A stretch of 64,000 bases of DNA from assembly GCF_001194135.2 (NCBI RefSeq), contig NC_068986.1, forward strand, positions 31,356,229 through 31,420,228, in the 5' to 3' direction. The translations under genes and the position numbers were made by a program. Below are positions 40,156-57,000 of the stretch, piece after piece. A model generated the notes under the pieces. That model did no database searches, was not told the DNA's origin, and worked only from the letters and a program-made list of their open reading frames with translations. This DNA comes from Octopus bimaculoides (lineage: Eukaryota). The stretch's first letter is position 1. The number at the start of each line of letters is the position of its first letter.

Positions 40156-40973
40156 CTTCTGTATTTGTTTCATATTATATAATGAGTTGATTTTGAGAGA
40201 TCATATTTAATAGAGCAATGAAACAATTGGATGAGTAAAATAGCAGTAGTTGCTATAGAGGATAGGGATTACTATCAAAACTTTCCAGAGGATATTTTCA
40301 TATGCAGAGACCCATATTTAAAAAAAAAAAAAGGGGGGAAGGAATTGTGAAATAATATTTGTATGTCATAAATGACAACCAAATAAGATAAAAGAAAAAT
40401 AGCAAACAAAAGATAATAGTTAACAATAACAAATTAAAGACATCCATATGCTCTCACTTCCTGCTAGCAGTTTTCTTCTCAATAAAACAATTCGATGATG
40501 ATGGTGATAATAACGATTACAACAGTGGTGACAGATTTATAGAGGGAAGCTACTATTAATCTAAGAACAGTGTCAGAATATTGTTTAGTTCTGCAAGTGA
40601 GATGAGAAATAGCTGTAAGTTGAGGTATTGCACACTAAAACTTCAAACAGAACAACCACCAGTTCAAATGTAATAAAAGTATGCAAATTAGCTAGTGGCA
40701 TATTCACATCTCAAATATTCAATTTAGATCTCGTAATTATTCAAATTTTCACTTGGATTATATTTTTTTTAATAGACCTGTTACATGTTTTACCATGTTT
40801 GAATGAATTATAGTTGTATCTGTTGATAGTAAAACTATATTTCAATAAAATTTCCCCAAATAAATCAGCAGCTAACTTTCCTTTGTTATTTCCTTAGATT
40901 TTCTATAAAATAACATTGTATGGGTTAATGATAAACTGATTGAGGTGTTGGTTATGTTACAGATGTGTGTTAA

Positions 40974-41203
40974 GGCGGCGAGCTGGCAGAAACATTAGCA
41001 CGCCAGGCGAAATGCTTACCGTTATTTCGTCTGCTGTTATGTTCTGAGTTCAAATTCCGCCAAGGTCGACTTTGCCTTTTATCCTTTCGAGGTCGATAAA
41101 TAAAGTAGCAGTTACACACTGGGGTCGATGTAATCGACTTAATGCCTTGTCTGTCCTTGCTTGTCCCCTCTATGTTTAGCCCCTTGAGGGCAATAAAGAA
41201 ATA
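40974..41203 (+). mobile_element. SINE family B copy
   Basis: Pol III-type head with B-box-like GAGTTCAAATTCC. Imperfect TSD AGATGTGTGTTAA (40961) / AGATGCGTCTTAA (41204). Confidence 0.85.
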
Positions 41204-42402
41204 AGATGCGTCTTAACACTGACTGTTTTCAACTTCAAAGGAAATAATCTCAGGTTATTGAAGCAGATACTTTCAGTGATTAATTCATCATAAGTTGAAA
41301 TACTTTTATTTTGGGTTTTATAGTATTTATTTTATAGTAATTAGTTTAAAATACTAATCATCTATGAATTCATTTCAAGAACTGTTGAAGTTGTCAACTT
41401 TGGCTACTTGGATTTTTTTTTTTTTTTTTCAAGAATAGTATACTCTCATTTCTTTTATCCAATGTGTTTGCTGGGAGATGTTGTTTGAGAGAGATTTAGC
41501 TGTTATTTTTGGTTGGTCAAGTGATCATGTAGAGGCTCGATATAATTATTCATTGACTTGTGTTTCGAAAGATATGGAATGATTTAAGAGTTTCTTGATC
41601 ATCTTTTTTTTTTTTTTCCTTTTATCAATTTCACCAACTGAACTGTGATTCTGCTGGGGCACTGCTTTTAATGGTTTGATTTAGTCACNNNNNNNNNNNN
41701 NNNNNNNNNNNNNNNNNNNNNNNNNNNNNNNNNNNNNNNNNNNNNNNNNNNNNNNNNNNNNNNNNNNNNNNNNNNNNNNNNNNNNNNNNNNNNNNNNNNN
41801 NNNNNNNNNNNNNNNNNNNNNNNNNNNNNNNNNNNNNNNNNNNNNNNNNNNNNNNNNNNNNNNNNNNNNNNNNNNNNNNNNNNNNNNNNNNNNNNNNNNN
41901 NNNNNNNNNNNNNNNNNNNNNNNNNNNNNNNNNNNNNNNNNNNNNNNNNNNNNNNNNNNNNNNNNNNNNNNNNNNNNNNNNNNNNNNNNNNNNNNNNNNN
42001 NNNNNNNNNNNNNNNNNNNNNNNNNNNNNNNNNNNNNNNNNNNNNNNNNNNNNNNNNNNNNNNNNNNNNNNNNNNNNNNNNNNNNNNNNNNNNNNNNNNN
42101 NNNNNNNNNNNNNNNNNNNNNNNNNNNNNNNNNNNNNNNNNNNNNNNNNNNNNNNNNNNNNNNNNNNNNNNNNNNNNNNNNNNNNNNNNNNNNNNNNNNN
42201 NNNNNNNNNNNNNNNNNNNNNNNNNNNNNNNNNNNNNNNNNNNNNNNNNNNNNNNNNNNNNNNNNNNNNNNNNNNNNNNNNNNNNNNNNNNNNNNNNNNN
42301 NNNNNNNNNNNNNNNNNNNNNNNNNNNNNNNNNNNNNNNNNNNNNNNNNNNNNNNNNNNNNNNNNNNNNNNNNNNNNNNNNNNNNNNNNNNNNNNNNNNN
42401 NN

Positions 42403-42463
<61 letters not shown>

Positions 42464-44571
42464 CATATATATATATATGTATATATGTTTACACATACAT
42501 TACTGAGTTTTTGTAATTTCTTTCTGTCAACCAAGACTAGTCAACTCATTGTCACAGTAGAAGACACTTGTCCAAGGTGTCGCACAATAAGATCAAACCC
42601 AAAATCACACCTGCACCCATGTGCAAGGAATCAAGCTATTAAAGTCTGATTAGAAATGCAAGCACTAAATCCAAACAAAATCAATATCGAGCCTTGGGAT
42701 ATGTTGCATATTATTATTATTATTAATAGCTCTGATTTGCCTTCCACTATAACATGTTTAAATATGAAAAAAATCACAGCAAACAAATTTTTATGATACT
42801 CCAGATGTTCAATTCATTTTTAAAGTTCATTTGATCCATTTTATTAAAGGCTGCAGAAAGATTTAGTAACAAGAAACCTGAATAGACACTATCATGGGAG
42901 TTCCAGTAGATGATGTTGCTTCATAATCTGAACAAGGATGTTTTATTGTTTATATATTTTTACACCCTATTCTCAGTTAGTTTGTCCATGGAGCAAACAC
43001 ATGGGACTTGTTGATTAACAGTTGCATTAAGCACATGGGAGCAGTTGATTAATAGTTGCAATTTCGAGATGAAGTGACCAAAATAATAAAATTTTGATCA
43101 TTTAGAATTTTCATCGTGAAATCAATATTCTGTTTATCAAAAGTCATCATAGTTTCAAAATCCCCATTAAGCAATTTAATTTTCAATGTTTATTTATTTG
43201 TTTATTTTATTTCCCCCTATTCCCCCAATAAATTTACTGTTTTTGGCCTTCTAAAACGTATTCATATTTTTGATTTACAAACATATAATCACAGGTATTG
43301 TTAAGTTTGCTTTACAAGCATGTAATTTTAGGTTCAGTTCATTGCACAGCACCTTGGACAAGTATCTTCTATTATAGCTTTGAGTTGACCAATACCTTTT
43401 GAGTGAATTTGGTAGATGGAAACTGTGAAGTCCATCATGTATGTATATATGTAATGTATGTATAAATAATGTATGAATGTGTGTGTATATATGTGTGTGT
43501 GTGTGTGCAATTTATGTATGTATTTAATATACTTGTGTATGTATATATGTATGCTAGTACTGCCTGACTGGCCTTTGTGCCGGTGGCACGTAAAAGCACC
43601 CACTACACTCTCAGAGTGGTTGGCATTAGGAAGGGCATCCAGCTGTAGAAACTCTGCCAAATCAGATTGGAGCCTGGTGTAGCCATCTGGTCTACCAGTC
43701 CTCAGTCAAATCGTCCAACCCATGCTAGCATGGAAAGCAGACGTTAAACAACAACAACGACGACGATGTATGTAATATATGTATTTGTATTTTTCCCTTC
43801 CCCATGGCTTGACAACTAGTGTTGGCTTGTTTAAAGCACTGTAACTTAACAGTCTAACAAAAGTGACTGATGGCTTAAGTACCAGACTTAAGAAAACTAA
43901 GTACCGGGGTCAATTTGTCTGACTAAATCCTTTGAGGCAGGGCCCCAGTATGGCCTCATTCGAATTACTAAAACAAGTAAAAGATAAAAGATATCTCTGA
44001 AAAAACAACAAAAAATAAGTCATAGATATAATTCAAAACACTTAGATTAGATTTCATTAAGATAATATGCATGATTTGTGGTTCATATTAAGTAATATTT
44101 TGAAGACTAGAGACAGGTTTTTGCCATATGCTGTTCCCTGCACTCTAAAAAGAAAAGAAAAGAAATGCTAAGCAGTAATCATAGTCAGTTAATTATATAC
44201 TATTACATAATTGACTAATTAATGTTAATGATGTCAATTACGTTGTTAGCCTTGTGAGTGACTTAGTCAATGAGTTGAGATATGGAGAATTGTGTTAGTT
44301 TATCAAAACATTCTGTCTTACTATCATGAGTGTTATTTACATAAAAGTTACTGTTATTTTAAATAGTGACATTAATGTGACAGAGGAAGCTGAAGTTTAA
44401 GAAGTTGGGACTCATCAAAGAAATTCTCAAATACATTAGTTCTGTACACTGAAAATAGTCTTGGGTTGGCAGATAAATTTATTCATTTTTTTTCCCCCTA
44501 GTTGGCACTCCTTTGTTAAATGTCTGAAAAGTGGTAAAATCTATTCAAATTTCGAAAATGATGAAGAAAAG

Positions 44572-44930
44572 GCGCAGGAGTGGCTGTGTGGTAAGTAGCT
44601 TGCTTACCAACCACATTGTTCCGGGTTCAGTCCCACTGCGTGACACCTTGGGCAAGTGTCTTCTACTATAGCCTCAGGCCGACCAAAGCCTTGTGAGTGG
44701 ATTTGGTAGACGGAAACTGAAAGAAGCCCGTCGTATATATGNNNNNNNNNNCTTGACAACCAATGCTGGTGTGTTTACGTCCCTGTAACTTAGCAGTTCG
44801 GGAAAAGAGACCGATAGAATAAGTACTAGGCTTACAAAGAATAAGTCCTGGGGGTCGATTTTCTTGACTAAAGGCGGTGCTCCAGCATAGCCGCAGTCAA
44901 ATGACTGAAACAAGTAAAAGAGTAAAGAAA
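44572..44930 (+). mobile_element. SINE family A copy (10-N gap at its internal microsatellite)
   Basis: Same consensus; N-gap 44742-44751. Confidence 0.85.
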
Positions 44931-45092
44931 GGATAGAGCTACAAAACAAAACCTCATAAAACACTACAATAAGAATATTTTTCATGTTAATCTAAATAAC
45001 ATTGGAAAGGATTGAAATAAACAAAAAAGACTAATGAATTTATTTGACAACGTAATATATAGCTCTTCACACTCCAACCAACACATTGAAAC

Positions 45093-45170
45093 TATGAGGT
45101 GGGTGCTGAAAAGTTCCTGGTTTGGGGTAAAAGAAAATACAGGGGGATTGATTTGATATGAATAATTTAT
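45093..45170 (+). mobile_element. Mariner-like terminal inverted repeat fragment
   Basis: Reverse complement of 8700-8773; starts at a TA. Confidence 0.5.
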
Positions 45171-48100
45171 GATAATTGGAGTATAGATATTTTTGTCAGG
45201 TTCCTGAAGTAAAGGCAACTTCTACATCAGCATTTCATAACATTATTATAACATTATTGGAAAATTTCAGCTGTGTTTTAATAACCAAATTCTTTTTATA
45301 ACATACAAGTTGTTATATTCTGATTCAAATTTGCAAGTTTTGCTTTACATTATTAATAATTAGTGCATTTAAATGGAGTTGCTATGGAGGCACAGGTATG
45401 GCTATATGGTTAAAAAGCTAACTTTGCTGCCAGTTTTAGGTTCACTGCTTGGCACCTTGAGCAAGTGTCTTCTAGTTGCAAGTAGGTTGACCAATGCCTT
45501 GTGAGTGAATCTAGTAAATGGAAACTGTGTGGAAGCTCAGTGTGTGTGTGTGTGTGTGTGTGTGTATAGGTATGGCTTTTCATTTGTATTTGTCTACCAC
45601 TGTTTGACAAGTGTTGGTTTGTTTATGTCTCTGTAACTTAATAGTTTGGTAAAAAAAAAAGAGACCAATAGAATAAGTAACCAAGCTTACCAAAAAAATA
45701 AGCACGCTGGGTTGATTTGTTCAACTATAACTCTTTAAGGTAATGCCCCATTATGGCTGCCATCGAATGACCAACATAAGTAAAAGATAACAGATAAAAG
45801 ATGAGGCTAGTTTCCTGCAGATTATGTTGTTTATATTTGCTGACTAAGGTAAAGATTTAAAAAGGAAACCAGTTTTGGAAGTACAAAATCTACTACTAAA
45901 GCAGCTATTTTATCTTGTAGTGATTTTAATTTACTAATACAAAACCAAGAAAAATTAAACAAATTTGGTAAACTGAAGTCTTGCTGTGGCATAGAATGAA
46001 GGAGAAACATTGCAAAGTCTCAGCAGTTGAACTAACTTCATCTGAAACTTTTTTTAAAGTCCTCATTAAAGTTAACTGTTGTCATGAGGCTGACTAAAGC
46101 AGCTCTTAGCTTTGTATAAAAAAAAAAAGATTATTTCCCAACACAAGAGTAAGCTAATTCTTACTTATTAGTTTCAGTATGATATTCATTAATTAATTAC
46201 TAATACAGCTGTTGAAAACCGTCTTCTCTTCCCCGCCAAATTTCCTTCCAGAGTAAGACTGTATATATTTTAAACACACAAGTACACTTTGGTACACTGT
46301 TTCAGTTTTCATGCTGTGTAGGTGTATCAGTAATTACTCAATTAACTACAAAATGCAAATTAGCTCACCCTTATGTAAGCCAAGAAGTATTTTCTCTATG
46401 ATTAGTAATTGTTTTTACTTGGCAATCCCAGTGACAGGATTAAATAAACCCTGATGATGACTTAAAGTTCAGAATTATACAGTCCAGTTGACACTTGAGC
46501 TGAAGTGCTTAGTGTAGTAGTTCACTATGAACCCCTATGAACCCCTTTGATTCCTAGTTTACTCTACTGGGCCTCCATAGCCATTTGATGTTTAAGAAAT
46601 TCTATTGTATTTTTATAATTAGATATTATTAAGAATTATATAAAAAAAATTTGCTAGAATATTTTGTGTATTGTAGAAGTATAACCAATTTATTTGTACA
46701 TAAATTTTTAGCAACAAAACTATATACAAACCTTGCCAAGGGCCGCATGGACCCCAGTTGAGAACCACTAGCTTAGTGGTTATATCGGCCAGACTGTACA
46801 TGCTTCATAGTAGGCATTTAGATCTGAGGAAACCAATGATTGGCTCACTACTTCTGCACAATCTGTTTGGTACCATTAGAAAACATCACTTTCCTGTTGA
46901 GGATATTTTTCCTCTTTCTCACAGTGAACCAATCTTTGTTCCTCACTTTTGAAATATATACGTTTCAAATGAACCAACAACATAATCTCTTGATCTCTTG
47001 CAATTATCAGTCAATTCTGTTAATCTGCAACTTTCCATTTTATTCAAAAAATTTTTTTTTTTAATGTTAGTACATAGTGCATGAAATTACTCCAAGAAAC
47101 ACCCCCCCCCCAAAAAAAAACAAACAAACAAACAAAACAAAAAATAGATGAACTAGTCATGGCTGAAATGCTTTTGATCACAAAAAGCCTGTTCAGTCAA
47201 AGCTGACCAGGTGTTATGCAACAACAAAAATGACAACAACACATGCTGCAATAGCAAATAATTTTTAATTCTAAATTGTTGTGTCTATATTGTTGAAAAA
47301 TTCTAAGCCCTAGTTTGCTTAAATTAATCATACCATAAAACTATGATTAAACAACATATAAAAAATTCATTTTCATTTAGTTAATTTTACTGAAACATTT
47401 TTCATCAGTATATTCTATTATTGTTGTTGTTGTTTCCAACTTTTAATTAAGAGTTTTATATTTTCAATGAAGGTTTCCACTTTTTTCCTTTACTTCATCA
47501 AATTTTATCATCTTGCTTTTATATTTTTAATCTTTACATTTCTAATATTTTGTTTATATTTCTCACTTTTTTTTAACTATTTGTTTTCATCAAATAAACA
47601 AAATTTTGTTAGCAAATTATTATGAGCTTATGAGGATTTCTAATACTTTAAATGTCAATATTAATTGATTAGTTTATTTTTAGGAATTCTTTAATCCTTT
47701 AAGGAAACAGGTACTGAAAAAAACTAAAGTCAGATACTTAAGCAGCAAAATGGAAACAGATGGGTTTTTGTATGTTGTGTTTTTATTTAAGTTCTTTAAT
47801 AAATTACAGAGTAAAATTAGCTGGTATTTTTATGGCTAGAAGACTTCTCTATCAGCTATAATGATGCTGTGTAGCCTTGATTAATTAATAAACATTACTA
47901 TGACTCCTTAAGAAGTAAATTAACTCCTTGTTTGATCAGCCATTTCAAGGTGTTTATTAAATTTGTTTTCTGCTTTTAATTATTTCAATTTAATCAAGAA
48001 ATAAGAAAGTGGTTCAGTTCATAACTGTGTGAAATTCTGACATGTAAAGCTAAATCACAAGGATTATAGAGGCAGCATTTATCTTTTATTGTTCATAGTG

Positions 48101-48190
48101 AGGAGTGAATACATTACTCATCTCACAGGGTTAAACTACACATTTCAAATTAGCAAAACATTTGTTGATTCTGAAATTACTACTGTATAT

Positions 48191-48770
48191 ATCATCATCA
48201 TCATCATCGTTTAACGTCTGCTTTCTATGCTAGCATGGGTTGGACGATTTGACTGAGGACTGGTAAACCAGAAGGCTGCACCAGGCTACAATCTGATCTG
48301 GCATAGTTTCTACAGCTGGATGCCCTTCCTAACACCAACCACTCCGAGAGTGTAGTGGGTGCTTTTATGTGCCACCGGCACGAGGGCCAGTCCGGCAGTA
48401 CTGGCAATGGCCACACTCAAAATGGTGTTTTTTACGTGCCACCTGCACAGGAGCCAGTCCAGCGGCACTGGCAACGACCTCACTTGAATGATTTTCTAAT
48501 GTGCCACGAGCACAAGTGCTAGAAGGCGACGCTGGTAACGATTACGCTCAAATGGTGCTTTTTATGGGCCACTAGCACGGAAGCCAGACAGCTGCTCTGG
48601 CAATGAACTCGCTCAGACAGTGCTGTTAGTGCTCCACTGGCACAGGTGCCAGTCATCGAGTATGGTTCAATTACGATTTTGATTTCACTTGCCTCAACAG
48701 GTCTTCGCAAGCAGAGTTTAGTGTCCAATGAAGGAGAGGTTGGCACTGGTGCCAGTTGTCGGATTCGGTT
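48191..48770 (-). mobile_element. 5'-truncated RTE-type element
   Basis: Reverse complement of 6463-6938. Shorter copies at ~22940-23165(+), 24351-24810(-), 25455-25620(-), 43555-43770(+) and 62503-62694(+). Confidence 0.7.
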
Positions 48771-49039
48771 TGATTTCGATTTCAGATTTAAAATTTCAAA
48801 TTCCAAATATATATATATATATATATATATAAAACCTATAAGGTCAAGTAACCTCTATGTAACCCCAACAAGATAATAAAAAAAGAAACTCAATGTGGTT
48901 CCTCAGTTTGTTGGAAATAACAGCAAAATCCTCTGTAGATTGTACTCAGCCACCTGGTAGAAAAACAAGACCCATTAGATAATGGTATCTTAGAAATTCC
49001 TAAAAAGACAAAGTAAAAATGAGATCTAACAGTAAAAAC

Positions 49040-51150
<2,111 letters not shown>

Positions 51151-53986
51151 TATCCTTCTTGGGTATGTTATACTATTGCCATCTTTATTATCTGGAACAT
51201 GATTACTCAACTCCTAATATTGTTTCTTTGCAAAAATGTGCTAAAATCTCCTTTATCTTCTTCACTCAAATCATCATCCTGACAAAGAGACTGAGACAAT
51301 ATTATGTTCTGATTCTATTTTCCAAGAATCCTCTTTTGCTTTCATATCATTTACTTCTTTATTTCCCCTACTTCCCCTTTACTTTTTTTTTTATCTAAGC
51401 ATCTAAAGCCCCTCTTTGCCAGCACTCTTCTTTGTCTCTGTCTCTCACTCTCTTTATTTGTTTTGTTTTTGTCCTGTTGTTTGCTCCACTTGGTTGCACT
51501 TTCTTCATTTGGGGTATAAACAAAATATATTCAACTATTTGTACAGACAGTAGATATCATCTTAAACATTAAAAAACATGAGAAACCAGTGGTAACCTAT
51601 AATGATACTACCTTGTTCTCTATATTTGTATATACATACCTTTATGCATGTTACATGAACCCTCCGGTGTTGCTTAGCCTAACACAACCCTCTAAAGACG
51701 TTTCATAGTTACCCTTACTATACAATTGACTTATAATGTATGATGCACATTCTCTTTGCATCATACAAATATGTAATTTCAATTCCTTCTCAGAATTAAT
51801 TACACTCGTTAGGCTGATTAGTATAACCAAATTTTAATGTTAACTCTGGTCATTTGTGGTGTAGCAAGTAAATTGTGAATTTAAGTGAACCCTACAACAC
51901 AACTTTATCTTAAAGGGCACAGTTTTTCGCTTGCAAAGTATTGATCTACCTGAGGCTTTGATAGGAAACACTTGCTCAAGGTACTGTGCAGTGGGATCAA
52001 ACCTGGAACTATGTGGTTGTAAAGCAAACTTTTTCACCACATAGCCATGCTTGTGTGACTATTGTTGACTGTGAAGTTATCAAATTTAGAATATCTTGTA
52101 AAAAAAATAAAAATGAAATGTTTTTATTATTTTTTTGCTAAAACATTCACTAGATTTGTTTGGCTTAAACACCTCCAATTTTATATATTTTTTCTTCATG
52201 AAATTATATTGTCATGAGATTTTCTTCTTAATGTACTATTCGCTCAGCTTCTTCATCCTTTCTTTTATTTATTCTGTGACAAATAGAATTCATTTTCTTT
52301 TTCCCACAGTTACTCGGTTGAAGGGACTTCTCACTATCCATGTACCCTCTCTTCCTGTTTAAGTTTATAAAAGAAATCAATCTTCTGACAATTCTACTAT
52401 ATAATAATCACCTCATTTTTCACACAAACCATAAGAAAAATAACTTATGAAAAGCTTATTGTTTTCTTTTTGCTGTTTTTCTTTCTGAAGTAACCACCCT
52501 TTGTACTATTGTATTTTGATTATATATGTCAGCAAAACTTGATCTATTCTCTTCCTTTTTCAAGCCATCTGGTTATGTTTTATGTTTCTTTTTTTTGTTA
52601 ATTATTCAAAATGTGCTAAACCTATCTGTTTAGTCCTCTTAAGCAATAGGAAAGTTGATGACTTTCAAAAACAAAAAAAAAAGCAATACTACTTGGTTGT
52701 GAGCATTTTTTTTTAGAAGCAGATTATCATTAACTATTATTCACTTCTGTGAAACTTAATTTTGTCTCTGAATTACTATTTTAATCCTTTTGTCTTTCAC
52801 TTGGACGTTTAAGTACAGTTTGAGCTGCTTTATTTATTTTTTAATGTATAAGGTTTAAGCAATGATTATAAAAAAGTGAGTGTTGAGAACTATTCTAGTG
52901 ATAAATACTAATAACTATTGTTTCAGTTCTCAGTACTGAAATTTTAAACAATGTATTTTGTATCCAGTTATAGTGACTAATTTGATTTTAAACTGTTTTC
53001 TACAAAATGATAAATACTGATTTTCACTGAGCAAAATTTTGGAAGGGAAGTTTGCTCAGTGATGATTATATCAACCATTCTTTTCCTTCTGTTACTTATT
53101 TATTATTCCCAGAATAATGATTTCAAATTTTGGCACAAGCTCAGCAGTTATAATGGAAGGGGTAAATCAATGATATTCATCCCCAGTGTTCAACTGGTAC
53201 TTATTTTATTGGCCCTGGAAGTATGAAAGGTCAAGTTGATCTCGGCAGAATTTTAACCCAGAATGTAAAGAGCCAAAAGAAATGCTGCTGAACATTTTGT
53301 CCTACTCACTAATTCATCTACCAGCTTGCCACCTTTTTTCTTATCCCTGAATAATGAAAGATAAAGTTGACCATAGTAAAGATTGGAACTCAGGACACAG
53401 AGCTGTAACTAAAATACTGGAAGGTAGTTTGTGCTATTGGTTCTACCATTCAATGCCCTTCCACTTTATAAATGTTGATTTCTTACATACAAGGAAATGA
53501 TTTCATTATGTTCATGCTTTATCCAAAAGCCAGATGAATAAAACAATGTCACAAATTTTATTTACTAAAACATCTTACTTCTATTACTGTGTTGTATTAT
53601 AGGCTTCACAAATCTTTTAGACGAGAGTGATTGACACTACAGAAGCCCATTGTATCATTATCATCATCATTTAATATCCGTTTTCCATGCTTCTTTTTAT
53701 TTGCTCTCTCTCTCCCATTTTTCTCAGCATACATTCAATGTCTTTTTCTCTCTCCTTCTCTCTTTCTCTCTCCCCCTCTCTCTCTCACACATGCACACAC
53801 ATACACAGAGTACCTAAGTTCTATTAATGTTTAAATATTGATCTCTCCCATTTACACAAGGCCATGTTTTCATAGAGAAGAGTGTATCTGATTGAATCTC
53901 TCTCAATATATGACTAGTATTTATATGACAGTTTCCAGTGGGATTTTAACTTACATATAGATATAAACCCAAATACCCTAGCACAA

Positions 53987-54086
53987 TTCTGTCACCATGT
54001 ACCATTTCTGTCACCATGTACCATTTCTGTCNNNNNNNNNNTCTGTCACCATGTACCATTTCTGTCACCATGTACCATTTCTGTCA
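53987..54086. repeat. Minisatellite, 19-bp unit TCTGTCACCATGTACCATT, collapsed across a 10-N gap
   Basis: Identical units on both sides of gap 54032-54041. Confidence 0.9.
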
Positions 54087-54685
54087 ATACTTCTTCTTTT
54101 CAAAGTTTAGATATTAACTTCACTAAAGCTGCTTACCAAAATAAATTAAATATTTACAAATAGATATTGTGAATGAAGTCTTGTTATTGTTAGATAGTTA
54201 TAAAAGAAATTCACTAGTGGTTGTTCCACTGTGCAGTTTTCTCTAAAGTTCACTTATTTCATTTGTCAATCATTAAATACTTCTATGTAATTACTGTCTG
54301 TAGATTAGGAAATTTTCTTTTCACCAGTGAAATGCCAGGAATAGATATAGAATATTGGTAGGTCACACATACACACTAACACACAGCTAATTGTGTTTGT
54401 TTTAATGCTGTTTTTTTTCTTTAGTTGAAGCATAGACATTGAAATACTCCATGTCAAATCAGTTATTTTTGCTGATGCGAAAGGTATAATTATCATTTTA
54501 ATATATACCTGACAATCTAGATAGTGATAATCAAAGTGATAATTTAGTTGTGCTTTTGTACGTATATTGTATGTGTTTAAGTATGTATGTGTGCATCTAT
54601 GCTGTACATATATTTATATATGTTTATGCTTGATAGGTCAACTGTTTTCATATTGGTGTATTTTTCAGTTGATATTTTTTCTTAA

Positions 54686-54725
<40 letters not shown>

Positions 54726-54789
54726 NNNNNNNNNNTTGTTTGTTAGAATCAAAGAGCCACAGATTTGAAAACAACTTTGTAGTGAGTGA

Positions 54790-54833
<44 letters not shown>

Positions 54834-56309
54834 TATAGCTGAAAATATTGATTACTGATGGAGAGCCTGAATTTCTTCTTTCATGTTTTTCAAAAATGAT
54901 GAAATAGTGTTAAATTACACACACACACACACACACATGTTAGGAGCACATATAGAGCTAAGTTAAAAGTGGAAAAATGCAGATGGAAAGGTGGAGTTAC
55001 AAATTCTCTGGATGTCATTGATGGTGTGTGTGTGCGTGTGTGTGCGTGCGCGCATTTTTCCAGTTGTTTGTTTGCATCTTTCCATTTGATTGTTTGCATA
55101 TGTGTATGTATGTGTATATGTATGCTTGGATCAGTGAAAATTTCTTTTTGCAAGAAATATGAATCTCAAATTGTATTTTTCAATATTGATGTTAGAACAT
55201 ATAAATTCCTCATCTTTAATAAAAAAAAAAATAAAAAACTTATTCACTTTGAAATCTCTTTCAACTCTTGCAGTGTTTTGTGATGTCAATGCCACACCCA
55301 TTTTTTAGGTTTACATTAAAAGACATGATAAAATTTCTATAAGAAATTGAAGCATTTCTTTCTCACAATAGGAATTTATAACTTGCTTGTTCCAGAGAGA
55401 AAATATTACTTTAATCTAAGTCTGCAAAATCCTACTTGTGTACATTTCAAAATGCATTAATTTCAGTCTCTACTGATTTTAATCACCACACAAACATGAA
55501 ATAGAACAATGTAATGACAGCAGTCAGCTCCAGAATATTTAGACTGTTCAATCCCCAAGTAAATCTTCAAAATAAAAATTAGAAACACTACCAGTTGTAC
55601 TGTCTACAAAATCAAAGATGCTTTACAACTGAACTATTTATCAAATGGTACCCAGTAAACTTCACCACAATCATTGTATCGTGTTACTGAGCAAGACACA
55701 TAATTCTATCTACTTTACTTTTGTAGTAGGCTTAACAAATTGCCTGGTTTAACCCTCTCATCTGGTTCTTGGGTGCTTTCAGCAAAGTTGAATACGTTGC
55801 AGACTTTGAGGCTAGACTTCCATTTCCCCTTATGTCAACGTTTATTCCTGCAAACATTGAGCTGCAGAGGTTTAAGTGAAACAGTAGAATTAAAAGAAAC
55901 TTGTGGTGGTCTATGTCAGCTATTAAGTACAAAATAGTTCAGAAAGTGGAAAAGTTAGTTTATAGCTGGCATTTGGGTTGGGTATCAGACATATCAATCA
56001 TCCCAATCTGGGAGGACCTACAATGGTCATAGATACTATTACTCCTCTTTTAATTAACTTATAAAACAATAACCAGTATGCCTAGTTGGCAAACAGTTTG
56101 CACTTCCTGCCGTTTTTGATGCTTAACCCTAGATCAGCTGACACTCATGTAGAAAAGTATAAAGTAAAACTATGAACTCAGTTAATGAGAACGTGTAATA
56201 ACTCTGCTTAAAATGTGTGTGTCTGTGGTTACTAATCAGTTCTTTAGTTTATTTTATTGATTCGTTTGAAAATGTGAGAGAGAAAAGATACTTCAAATCA
56301 AAGGATTAA

Positions 56310-56527
56310 CCCTTTCGTGACCAACCTGCCTGAAACCGGCTCTGGCTCTGTAGTACAAATGTCTTGTTTTCATAAGTTTTGAATTAAAATCTTCCACTAA
56401 ACCTTAGTCACAATTTATGTTCCTAACACTAGCTTAATGATAACTAAGTTATTTTACTAAATTCTTTATATTTAAAATAATTGAAAGTAACACAGAGCAT
56501 CTCAAAATAAATATGGTAACGAAAGGG
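56310..56527. mobile_element. piggyBac-type MITE (218 bp)
   Basis: TTAA at 56306-09 and 56528-31; TIRs CCCTTTCGTGACC / GGTAACGAAAGGG (12 of 13 match). Confidence 0.85.
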
Positions 56528-56964
56528 TTAAACACTGATGCAGCAAAATTATGGTTCAGCAATTTTTAACTTTTTGTCCATCTATGGCATACTGAACAAG
56601 GCACTAAAAATGTTACAATATACCGTTACCTTTCAAATGTTTTATCATATAGAAACTTGGAGCACCATCTTGAAGGATTTATTCAAACAAATTGATTCCA
56701 GTATTTATTATTATTTTTTTAAAGTCTGGTCGCCTTTGCCAAACCACTAAGTTATGGGGACACAAACAAACCATTGGTCTTCAAGCAGTGGTGGAAAGAC
56801 AAACACAGACACACACATGCTGGGATTCTTTCAGTTTCTGATTACCAAATCCACTCACAAGTACTAGGTTGTAATGTCACTCTCTTTCCCTGTTTTTATC
56901 TTTGTATGTCTAATGCTTCTCCATTTTTCTATCTATCTATCTATCTATCGGCATGTATATATTT

Positions 56965-57000
<36 letters not shown>

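Noticed and set aside
45821-45848. Candidate 28-nt mini-exon (CTGCAG|...|GTAAAG)
   Set aside because: Poor pyrimidine tract and the peptide (LCCLYLLTK) does not fit MG1.
52310-52370. Candidate exon after TTTTCTTTTTCCCACAG
   Set aside because: Good acceptor, but the phase-2 frame (YSVEGTSHYPCTLSSCLSL*) stops without a donor.
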